From Sedimentisphaerales bacterium (GTDB lineage: Bacteria; Planctomycetota; Phycisphaerae; Sedimentisphaerales; SM23-30): a stretch of DNA of 64,000 nt. The stretch is from the NCBI GenBank assembly GCA_963663965.2, contig CAXXFK010000015.1, forward strand, positions 32,001 through 96,000, given 5' to 3'. Position numbers and translations under genes: made by a program. Shown in pieces: positions 10,115 to 18,678 of this stretch (its first letter is position 1; each line of letters starts with the position of its first letter). The notes beneath the pieces were generated by a model. The model searched no databases. It was given only the letters and a program-made list of their open reading frames with translations, and was not told the origin of the DNA.

Positions 10115-12753
10115 GATGATACCTTTTCTGGAGTTTCAATCGATTGATAACGATTTGTTTTCAACAAGCGTCGAGCTGGCCACGCTAACAGGACCAAAGA
10201 TGCCCCGGCCATAATACAAGCAAACACCATAGGAGCAACATCAATTTGATCCAGGAGCATATCAATGCCCCCGACAATCTGGCTTTCCTTGAACATCTGA
10301 ATGGCCTGGTCAGTAAATTGCCAGGGCATGGCTTCATTGATAATCGGCAGAACTATTCCCAAGATTCCTATGCCAACCACCGCCCTGATGATATGGAATG
10401 GGCCGCGATTCCGACGTCCAATGACAACAAAAGTCGCAGAGATAAAAAATAACAAAACAGTCGCAACCATGGTTACTCTTTCAACCAGATGAGGCCAGCC
10501 CTCGTAATTGTTGAACAGTTCTGTTTGGATTTCATTGGCCAGTTCCGGAATGGCTCTCTGGACGAATTCAGGCACGTTCAAAGCATTAACCAATCCCAAG
10601 GTAAACGCCATGAGGAGCAGTATGCTACCCATAAATCCAAGCAGTACCGATAAGGGTTGGAATTCGCCACCATAATAATAGGAAGCGTGGTCCCGTCTTG
10701 AGTCAAAAACTGCCGGATCGATTTGTGAACCGACTTCTGTCTTATAATCAGGGTGGTTGACCCAATTGGTCAAACGTCTTCCCTCACTATCACGAAACTC
10801 TCCCGCTAAGATCATGATGATATCGTATAACCAACCCAGGCCAAATAATCCACCGGTCAAAAGCCAGAGAATGGCGCTGCCGATTTTACCAACATAGATA
10901 CGATGGAAGCCCAATACACCAAAGAAGAAAGCAAGAATAAAGGCAACCAGACGTTTTTTAGGTGAAATTCGCGCTTGATTATACATCGAAACCGATTGGT
11001 ATTGCGGCATTGGAACGGGATTTTGCATAGGTTCATTCGTAGATACTCCAGCCACTGGCGGAGCGACAAACGACGTTTTTCCCGCAGGTTCTGAAACCAC
11101 CTGTCCCTTATAGTATTTTCGGATTTCCTGAGGAATATAAGGGGATGCCGCCTGTATGGCGAGTAAAATTCCCGCCAGTATCCCACCAACAATCGGCGGA
11201 TAAGCGACATCGAACATACCGGCGACGACCATACCTATTACTGCGGCCATCACAGAACGAGAGAGCGATATCCGCTGATCGCGGTCGGGCGCGGTCAATT
11301 TCCAGATATCGACGATCGAGAGTATGATCACGGCAAACGAAGCTTGTACAATGGTAAGTGGATAACGATCATTAGCACCAATGATAATGAGACAGGGAAG
11401 GAATCCCCCGATGACACCGAACGCAGATAATAAGATATTACGCAATGGGGTTGGTTCCATATTCCTGAGGATCGACCAGCGAGCCCATAAAATACCCATT
11501 GAGGCGCCTAACATATTCAAACCGATAAACAGAAAAGATATCCAGAACTCTTCTTGAAAGCCATTGGTAATCAAAGCAGTGCCGGCGGAAACACAAGCCA
11601 GCGTTATCAAAGCCAGTTGTTTACGCTGGTGAAAACCAAGCGGGTCGCCTGTTGCTGGCGGGGGCTGAGAGTGGCCAGTATTGCCGGCTTTCAACGTCTC
11701 AACCCGGGATCTGACTTTTTCACGCACCTGATCGCCAATTTTGCCTATTTTACGGCCGAAATTTTCCCAGGAACGGTCTTCAACATAATCCTGGGTGCCG
11801 GCGCCATCCGGAGGAGGAGTGACTTTTTGCCGCTTTGTTTTATTCCGCGCGTTTTGCATTTTTTCCGCAACCTTTTTGGCGATATCCGAGAGGTCGTCCG
11901 GAGAAAACTGTGAGATACTGTTACGGATATATTCACTGCCAAAGACATCTTCGAGCATGTCACGCACCGTATGATATCTTTCGTTGGGATCTTTGGCGAG
12001 TGCTTTGCGAATCACTTTGGCAAAAGAGGGATTGATGCCGGACAAGTCCGGTTCACTGGACAGATGTTTCATTAAAATTTCACCGGGACTGGCGCCGAAA
12101 TACGGCACCTGGCCGGTCAGCATTTCGTATAAAAGTATGCCCAGGGCATAAATATCAATGCTGCGATCATATTTTCCAGCCCCAATCTCAGGAGCCATGT
12201 AATGGACAGTACCTACGGTTATCGTCTGACCCGTATGGTGGTCAGCATTAATGATTTTGCTGAGCCCGTAATCCCCGATTTTCACATAACCATTTTCGTA
12301 AAAGATGTTAGCCGGTTTCAAATCTCGATGGACGATCCCACAATCATGGAGATAAGCCAGACCTTTGGCAATCTCGCGCAGAAAAAAGGCGGCTTTTTGT
12401 TCACCCAAACCATCGGGCGATTCATCCAGTAACTGCCGAAGAGACGGCCCCGCGACATATTCCATTACCACAAAAGGATCATTGTGCTCACTATACTTGA
12501 TATCGAAAATAGTAACCAGGTGCGGACTCTTGAGATTCATACACTGGCTGATACCACGCAATTCAATCTGACTGCAATTTTGTATGACTTTGAGGGCAAC
12601 CTGTCTGCCGCTATCACTTACCGCATAATAGACTTCGCCAAAGCCCCCGCGGCCAGCAGCCCGCTGAATCGTATAGCCTTCAAGCGGGCGATCTCCATAC
12701 TGATATTGATATAAATTTGTGCTCATTGCCTGTTTTATTCCTTCTTTTATCAT
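10111..12753 (-). CDS. Hanks-type Ser/Thr protein kinase, multi-TM, with TM2 domain
   Basis: GRGGFGEVY, VALK, HRDLKPAN, DYG, GTVHYMAPE, DIYALG; TM2 segment FGVLGFHRIYVGKIGSAILWLLTGGLFGLGWLYD. Start 12753 chosen from GGAGG RBS. Confidence 0.93.
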   Translation of the reverse strand: MIKEGIKQAMSTNLYQYQYGDRPLEGYTIQRAAGRGGFGEVYYAVSDSGRQVALKVIQNCSQIELRGISQCMNLKSPHLVTIFDIKYSEHNDPFVVMEYVAGPSLRQLLDESPDGLGEQKAAFFLREIAKGLAYLHDCGIVHRDLKPANIFYENGYVKIGDYGLSKIINADHHTGQTITVGTVHYMAPEIGAGKYDRSIDIYALGILLYEMLTGQVPYFGASPGEILMKHLSSEPDLSGINPSFAKVIRKALAKDPNERYHTVRDMLEDVFGSEYIRNSISQFSPDDLSDIAKKVAEKMQNARNKTKRQKVTPPPDGAGTQDYVEDRSWENFGRKIGKIGDQVREKVRSRVETLKAGNTGHSQPPPATGDPLGFHQRKQLALITLACVSAGTALITNGFQEEFWISFLFIGLNMLGASMGILWARWSILRNMEPTPLRNILLSAFGVIGGFLPCLIIIGANDRYPLTIVQASFAVIILSIVDIWKLTAPDRDQRISLSRSVMAAVIGMVVAGMFDVAYPPIVGGILAGILLAIQAASPYIPQEIRKYYKGQVVSEPAGKTSFVAPPVAGVSTNEPMQNPVPMPQYQSVSMYNQARISPKKRLVAFILAFFFGVLGFHRIYVGKIGSAILWLLTGGLFGLGWLYDIIMILAGEFRDSEGRRLTNWVNHPDYKTEVGSQIDPAVFDSRRDHASYYYGGEFQPLSVLLGFMGSILLLMAFTLGLVNALNVPEFVQRAIPELANEIQTELFNNYEGWPHLVERVTMVATVLLFFISATFVVIGRRNRGPFHIIRAVVGIGILGIVLPIINEAMPWQFTDQAIQMFKESQIVGGIDMLLDQIDVAPMVFACIMAGASLVLLAWPARRLLKTNRYQSIETPEKVSS

Positions 12754-12769
12754 GATACAACCTCCCCCC

Positions 12770-14365
12770 TCATTCACGATCATACGGCGTAATAACCAAT
12801 GATGCCTGCCCAATTCGCAAGGGCTGCCCAATCGGCAAAGGCAATTCGCGATTCAGCGGTTGATCCCTGAGGGTTACCAGATCGCGTTTATCGCAAAACA
12901 GATGCCCATCCCGATACGACAGAGCAAACTGATCAGACCAGCCATCATCTCTGACATGCGAACCACTCCCGGGCCCAAAGACCAATTCTCTATTTAGTAG
13001 AACGGCATAGCGAATGTCTTGAGACGGCATACGAGCCGAAGCTAGGTCGAGCAGGGCCGTTGAACTGGCTGGATTCGGCTTTTTGAATTTCATTGATATC
13101 CGATGCGTCAGATCAATACGATCGTTATCATTTAAGATACTTTTATGGGTGGGCTTTTTGTTAACCATCACCGGTTGGTCACTCATTAAAAGGTAATCTT
13201 CTTCAAATCGCTCTATGGTTACAACAGCACCAGTCGCATCCGCCATAACGCCCAAATCCGGCCGTCTGGAAGAACTGATGGGACCTACCGATATGCGGTT
13301 TCCTGGAAATACCAGATAACTCCCGACACCATCCACCTGAATAACAAAACGCTGAGGCAATGCAGGCTCGTTGTGGACAGGTAACATTTCAACGTCTTTC
13401 ATTCTCTGTTGACTGGCCGAATCTGATAAGGACTCATTATGAACCGTGTCCTGCCAGCCTTTCATCGATTGTCCGGTGATCATCAAGCCCAAAGGGCCAT
13501 TTTTAAGCGCTTCAACAGCCTGTGCCGCCTGACGGGCATATTCTTCGGCCGTAGTGAGCCAGGGAGCATCAGGCAGCATAGAGCGGACTTGAGTGAGGAT
13601 TCTAGCCGCATCCTGAGGATGGCAGTGTTCCACAGCACATTGCGCATTGAGCAATTTCTGGATAATTCGTTGCAATTCCCGGAAATCCAGCATATCCGAA
13701 ACCACAGATTCACCCTGTTGGGCCATCATTTGAGCCTGATCAATCCTGCCTGACTGCAAGGCCAACCGCAGGCGGGCACAGAATTCGATACGTATTCTGG
13801 AAATCAGGACAGCCAATTCATCGTCCCGGTTAATCAAATCCCGCCAATTAGCCGACTTCAAGATCGATACAGTCAGATGTATATCTTTTTGCCGTAAAGC
13901 ATGATCCAGTTTTCTTAACAGCAGATTGAGTTTCTGGCGCTGGTCTGTCGCTTGATTCTGTAATACTTTCCCATAATCCTTGTCAACCGAAGCGATTAAA
14001 TTTTCACAGGCGGAAATATCGCCTTTCTTCAAGTGGTTTCTGGCCTGGGTTACCATAGCAACCTGATCAGCATTTTCAGCATGCTTGCGCAGTATCGCCT
14101 GGTTAATCCTGTCTTTTAAAACGGCAATTTCCGGATCGGAACCAGCCAGTTTTTCCGCTTTACAGCAATCGGCATACGCCTCTGAGCAGAGGTCATTTTC
14201 CAGATGTTTTTCAGCCCGATCAGCATAGGCTCGCGCCAATTGTCCGATAAGTTTTTGCGCTTTAGCGTATTCCTGAACATCTGCCTGTTCAATAATGCGG
14301 CAAGCTTCATCCAATCTGCCATCTTTTAATGCTGTCTCTGCTTGTTTTATTTGCAGGAACTTCAC
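12770..14365 (-). CDS. Helical-repeat protein with C-terminal FHA-like beta domains
   Basis: TPR-like helical N-terminal 290 aa; C-terminal beta-rich IQVDGVGSYLV...VMVNKK...LNDNDRIDL and LPIGQPLRIG patterns resemble FHA strands; GTG start with AGGAG RBS. Confidence 0.65.
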   Translation of the reverse strand: MKFLQIKQAETALKDGRLDEACRIIEQADVQEYAKAQKLIGQLARAYADRAEKHLENDLCSEAYADCCKAEKLAGSDPEIAVLKDRINQAILRKHAENADQVAMVTQARNHLKKGDISACENLIASVDKDYGKVLQNQATDQRQKLNLLLRKLDHALRQKDIHLTVSILKSANWRDLINRDDELAVLISRIRIEFCARLRLALQSGRIDQAQMMAQQGESVVSDMLDFRELQRIIQKLLNAQCAVEHCHPQDAARILTQVRSMLPDAPWLTTAEEYARQAAQAVEALKNGPLGLMITGQSMKGWQDTVHNESLSDSASQQRMKDVEMLPVHNEPALPQRFVIQVDGVGSYLVFPGNRISVGPISSSRRPDLGVMADATGAVVTIERFEEDYLLMSDQPVMVNKKPTHKSILNDNDRIDLTHRISMKFKKPNPASSTALLDLASARMPSQDIRYAVLLNRELVFGPGSGSHVRDDGWSDQFALSYRDGHLFCDKRDLVTLRDQPLNRELPLPIGQPLRIGQASLVITPYDRE

Positions 14366-14457
14366 CGCCGTGCTCCTGTTATTATCGATTTTTAAAAATT
14401 ATATTTTATCGATTATTAATCAGATAACCAAATGAAATCCATCAGCCATCATCACTT

Positions 14458-14474
14458 ACTGCCAGAATGGCAGT
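14458..14474. promoter_or_regulatory. Perfect dyad ACTGCCA-GAA-TGGCAGT, candidate transcription-factor site
   Basis: Intergenic palindrome of the same TGYCA-N3-TGRCA form as the groEL upstream boxes. Confidence 0.45.
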
Positions 14475-14486
14475 CTCATAAAGCAA

Positions 14487-14527
14487 TCCAGACGAAACGC
14501 CGGCTTCCGGCCGACATTTCGTCCGGA
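14487..14527 (-). other. 18-bp RNA hairpin just 3' of the PspA-like gene
   Basis: Minus strand UCCGGACGAAAUGUCGGC-CGGAA-GCCGGCGUUUCGUCUGGA pairs fully using three G-U wobbles. Confidence 0.75.
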
Positions 14528-14542
14528 CCAGTCAGCAAATGG

Positions 14543-15385
14543 TTATTGAACAGTTTGCTGACAGGCAAGAGCATTTTCTTCTGAAGGAGTTCGATCTTCT
14601 GAGGGTTGCTCCGGTGCAAAATAATTACTTATCTGTTCAACCAGTTCATTGTCGCTAATTGGTTCATCATCATAAATAACCGGTTCAATAAAACGGCTTT
14701 CATGAGCCAGAACTCGTTCAGCTACATCGAGGCGCTTTTTGATCTGGCCGATCAATTTTTCAGTCTGGGCGATTTTGCTGTTATCAAAATCGACTTTGGA
14801 ATTAGTTGAATTGGCCTTAACCAAACGATATTGACTTTCCAGGGCATCAATTTTATCCTGGAGTAAGAGTTTCTGGCTGCGAGTCTTTTCAAGGGCATCT
14901 AACGCCGTTTGCAATGCACTTTCCCTGGTTGTCAGCAATCGCTTTTTGCTTTCCAGTACCAGTTGAGCCTCTTTAAATCTCTCAAAACGACGGACTAATT
15001 CCACCTTGAGATTTTCACGGTTGTATTTATTGTTGTTAACCGTTAACACCGGCAAAGGAGTTTCCATGGCATCAGTCATTTTCTGGATCTGTATCTTTTC
15101 AGTTTCCAAGGGTTTAACACTGTTGTCGATATCAGCCCTCAAGGCTGCGATCTCGACTTCTTCCTGGGAAATGAGCTTAATATTCGCATGCATTTCCGGA
15201 ATGATATTCTCGAGCAGATCACGTGCCCGTTCCAGTTCAAATTCGATCGAGACAGAATCCTTAGCTATATCTTGAATATGGGTAACAGAAGTGTGCATGT
15301 AGCTCTTTAAATTGGTTCCAAATAACAGACCGCCAGCTACAAGGGCAATCAGAACCACAATAACGATTGTTTTTACCAGTTTCAT
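14543..15385 (-). CDS. N-terminally anchored coiled-coil protein, putative PspA/IM30 (ESCRT-III-like) superfamily
   Basis: Hydrophobic N-terminal helix, two long coiled-coil helices forming a likely hairpin, shorter helix, acidic linker, terminal amphipathic helix NELVEQISNYF; GAGGAG RBS before ATG 15385. Confidence 0.6.
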   Translation of the reverse strand: MKLVKTIVIVVLIALVAGGLLFGTNLKSYMHTSVTHIQDIAKDSVSIEFELERARDLLENIIPEMHANIKLISQEEVEIAALRADIDNSVKPLETEKIQIQKMTDAMETPLPVLTVNNNKYNRENLKVELVRRFERFKEAQLVLESKKRLLTTRESALQTALDALEKTRSQKLLLQDKIDALESQYRLVKANSTNSKVDFDNSKIAQTEKLIGQIKKRLDVAERVLAHESRFIEPVIYDDEPISDNELVEQISNYFAPEQPSEDRTPSEENALACQQTVQ

Positions 15386-15875
15386 GGCGACTCTCCTCAA
15401 AATAGGAACAATATGAGAATTTAAATGACTAAGAACACAAAAGGGTTGTCGCCCAAAGATTTCCTATATTTCCAAAAAAACCATACAAAGCATTAAAATT
15501 TCACAGATTTGACACCGCACCAAGCCCAACCAAATCCCAACTTATTTAATAATAATATCTTACAAACATTTAGGTCATGTTGACACAATTTCATCAATAC
15601 GCATATTGGTTATCAATTTACGCAATATGGCGTTTCTATTCATTCGATATATATCTATGATATCTAATATAGAAGGCTGTACAGATTCGATGCGATTCAG
15701 GCAATTCTTTACAGAATGGCCGGAATGGAACACGGAAGCAAACGTTTCAAAAAGCATTAACCAAAGTCAAGTTTGGTCAGTTCGCAAGGGCATGGAACAC
15801 CTTTGTGATAATTTTAGTTGCATTTTATCTGTATATGCTTTGCGACTACTACGCAGTGGCAGTATTGCTCGCATG

Positions 15876-15905
15876 AAAAAAGGCTTGTGAGACATTCACA
15901 AGCCT
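15876..15905 (-). terminator. Intrinsic terminator after fucU
   Basis: AGGCTTGTGA/TCACAAGCCT 10-bp stem followed by a U-tract on the minus strand. Confidence 0.85.
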
Positions 15906-15937
15906 GATCTGATTATGGTTGTCAATGGACTTTCGGG

Positions 15938-16372
15938 TCAACCAGTAATTACAACTCCCTTTTTCAGAATGATATTGGCGTAAAGCGCTGTTTCCCCAGT
16001 TGCAATTACGGCGTAAGCTTCTTTAGACCGTTTATAAAAATCAAAGCGCTCAACATAATCAAAATCGTCAAATTTTTCGCCGCTGGCTTTTACGATCGTT
16101 CGATACTCATCCCAAATGGGGGTTTTCACCGTATCGCCAGGAACCAGTTGCATCAGGGCCACTGGCTTCGGCACATAGATATCCAATGGAAATAATTTTA
16201 AAACAGCATCCAGAACCGGGGGCACCCCATGGCCATCCAACCGGATCAATCGACGCGCAATAGCTGCTGCCGGGAAATTGCCATCAGCGATCACCAGTTC
16301 ATCACCGTGGCCCATTTCCATAAGAGTTTTCAGCAATTCGGGATTTAATATTGAAGGGATATTTTTCAACAT
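15938..16372 (-). CDS. fucU: L-fucose mutarotase (RbsD/FucU family)
   Basis: MLKNIPSILNPELL, MGHGDELVIADGNFP, ERFDFY, TGETALYANIILKKGV. Confidence 0.92.
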   Translation of the reverse strand: MLKNIPSILNPELLKTLMEMGHGDELVIADGNFPAAAIARRLIRLDGHGVPPVLDAVLKLFPLDIYVPKPVALMQLVPGDTVKTPIWDEYRTIVKASGEKFDDFDYVERFDFYKRSKEAYAVIATGETALYANIILKKGVVITG

Positions 16373-16436
16373 ATTCAGTACCTCAACAGATTGGCTATTT
16401 ATCATGAGTTAACAGGCAAATATTTTCACCTTAATT

Positions 16437-18425
16437 TTAATATTTATGGCCATGCACATTAGACGTTCTAAATCCATATATTGCAATGACCACAAAACAG
16501 ATCAGAGGCAATACAAATGACGCCCTGGAGCTGGATAAAGTCATGAAACCCAGATTGAATGCGCTCATATCCATAATAGCCCCCTGCATGGGCGGCATCA
16601 AACAGCCCCCCCCTATCGCCATAATTAATCCAGCCGCTCCCAATTTGGCATCGTCACCAAGCCCTTTCAAAGCAATGCCATATATTGTTGGGAACATTAA
16701 TGACATACAGGCAGATACACCTATCAAACAGTACAGCCCTGTCATACCCTGCATAAATATTACACCTAACACCAGTCCAAATCCGCCGATGGCTAACGTC
16801 ATTAACAATCCCCCCGGGCTGAAATATTTCAACAGGGCAGTACAGATAAAACGGCTACTTACAAAAATGGCCATGGCCAGAATATTGTAATTTTGTGCGG
16901 TCGCTTTTTCCATACCAAGCTCATTTTCAGCGTATTGAATGATAAAGGTCCAACACATAATCTGGGCGCCGACGTAGAAAGCCTGGGCGACGACCCCTTC
17001 AATGTATTTGGCATTGGTCACCAACCGCTTGAGAGTCGATCCTAGATGAAGCGCAGTATCTTCTTCGCCTTTTATTCGAGGGAGACGAGCTATGGCAAAG
17101 ATTATTAAGCACGCCAGCACTACAATCCCCAGAATGGTATATGGTCCAATAATAACATCCAGATCCGCCTTACGTATCGCACTCAACCGATCAGCCGAAG
17201 CGCTGAACCACGGATCCATTACACCCTCGTTTATGGTATGATACATCGACGCGGCGGCCTCAACTGAAGCAGTACATGCTTCCAGTTCACCTTTTATGCT
17301 TTCTTTAAAGGCGGAAGCGCTTATTACATCAGACGATTTTTCCTGATCCTTTATAGCGGCCTTCACTTTATCTTGAGCTTGCTGAACGGTGACCAAAGCC
17401 GTTTTTGACAATTCCATGGCCTGATTAGCCAGATCTGGTTTTATATTCAAAAGCTCTTTTTGCTCATTAACCGCCTGAACGGTCAAGTCCAACAGGGTTC
17501 GATCGCCTTCAAATTGATCTTTCAAATGATTCATCTGATTCTGGAAGGCTTGTTGCAAAGCTTCCGCCTCAGGATTCGAGGTAAACTTCATCAAGGCCAA
17601 TGTTAATATTCCTGGCGCCTGCTTTCGAGCGGTATCCAGTTCAGTTTTGAATTCTGATGCCTTTTCAATACCGGGCGCGGCCATACAACTTAAAGCCTTA
17701 CGCGCCGTATCAAGAGAACTGGCTACCTCTTTCACCTGATCGGTATTAAACGCTACCTCGTTATCTTCATTAACCAACAACTGAGCTTTTTTAACCGACG
17801 CCAGGCTCTCATCATGTAAAAGAACATGTAACAATTGGCCATCCGCTACTTTTTCCAGATATCGTCGTCCTGTTTCTGACGTCGTGTTCAAATTGATCAG
17901 AATGACCTGACTGGCAATCAGCATTCCACAAATTGATCCCATGGGGTTGAACGACTGAGCAAAATTCAATCGCTGGGTTGAGGTCTCTTCAGGGCCCATG
18001 GCTAGTATATAGGGATTGGAACTGGTTTCGAGAAAAGACAAACCACAGGTCATGATGAAATATGAAATCAAAAAGGCCCAGAAAGCCATCATCCAGCCTG
18101 AAGGGATAAACAAAAGACAACCCGTTGCGTAAAGCGCTAAACCAACCAGAATACCTGCTTTATAAGAGAATCTTTTAATAAACAAAGCGGCAGGAATCGC
18201 CATGACACAATAGCCGCCATAAAAGGCAAACTGTACGAGAGAACTCTGAAAATTACTAATAAGAAGAATGTTTTTAAAAGCGGCCACCATGGGATTGGTA
18301 ATATCATTGGCAAAACCCCATAGCGAAAACAGGAATGTTACCAAAGCAAATGAACCAATAACGGTACCTGGTATAACCCTGGATTTCCCATTTTTGTTAA
18401 CTGCATTTGTAAAATCTTCTGCCAT
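16437..18425 (-). CDS. fucP: L-fucose:H+ symporter-family MFS permease with large loop insertion
   Basis: LWGFANDITNPMV, VQFAFYGGY, LETSSNPY, RLNFAQSFNPMG, FYVGAQIMCW, SLMFPTIYGIAL; about 225 aa longer than usual. Confidence 0.88.
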   Translation of the reverse strand: MAEDFTNAVNKNGKSRVIPGTVIGSFALVTFLFSLWGFANDITNPMVAAFKNILLISNFQSSLVQFAFYGGYCVMAIPAALFIKRFSYKAGILVGLALYATGCLLFIPSGWMMAFWAFLISYFIMTCGLSFLETSSNPYILAMGPEETSTQRLNFAQSFNPMGSICGMLIASQVILINLNTTSETGRRYLEKVADGQLLHVLLHDESLASVKKAQLLVNEDNEVAFNTDQVKEVASSLDTARKALSCMAAPGIEKASEFKTELDTARKQAPGILTLALMKFTSNPEAEALQQAFQNQMNHLKDQFEGDRTLLDLTVQAVNEQKELLNIKPDLANQAMELSKTALVTVQQAQDKVKAAIKDQEKSSDVISASAFKESIKGELEACTASVEAAASMYHTINEGVMDPWFSASADRLSAIRKADLDVIIGPYTILGIVVLACLIIFAIARLPRIKGEEDTALHLGSTLKRLVTNAKYIEGVVAQAFYVGAQIMCWTFIIQYAENELGMEKATAQNYNILAMAIFVSSRFICTALLKYFSPGGLLMTLAIGGFGLVLGVIFMQGMTGLYCLIGVSACMSLMFPTIYGIALKGLGDDAKLGAAGLIMAIGGGCLMPPMQGAIMDMSAFNLGFMTLSSSRASFVLPLICFVVIAIYGFRTSNVHGHKY

Positions 18426-18678
18426 CGATAACACCTTTCCGATAATTTGACGTAGAAAAAAACAGCATAATGTTCCAGTTTCGACTGCGCCCGATGAGGC
18501 ACAGTATATTCCAATATAGGAATTTCTAATGTCGATATTACACGTAAGACTTTTATCGCAAAGTAATAACGAAGGGAGTTTACCATATCGAATCGGATTT
18601 CAACAAGTATATTTATCCAAAAGACATTGTCTTTTTCTTGGACAATTATTATGCTGCTTGCACGATTATTGGATTATA

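Noticed and set aside
15386..15570. Sigma54 or ECF promoter for the PspA-like gene
   Set aside because: No correctly spaced GG/GC pair; GGAAAT and ACAACC candidates have unconvincing -10 spacing.
15575..15890. ORFs 15606..15890 and 15575..15757
   Set aside because: No recognisable motifs or RBS, AT-rich, and one ends inside the fucU terminator.
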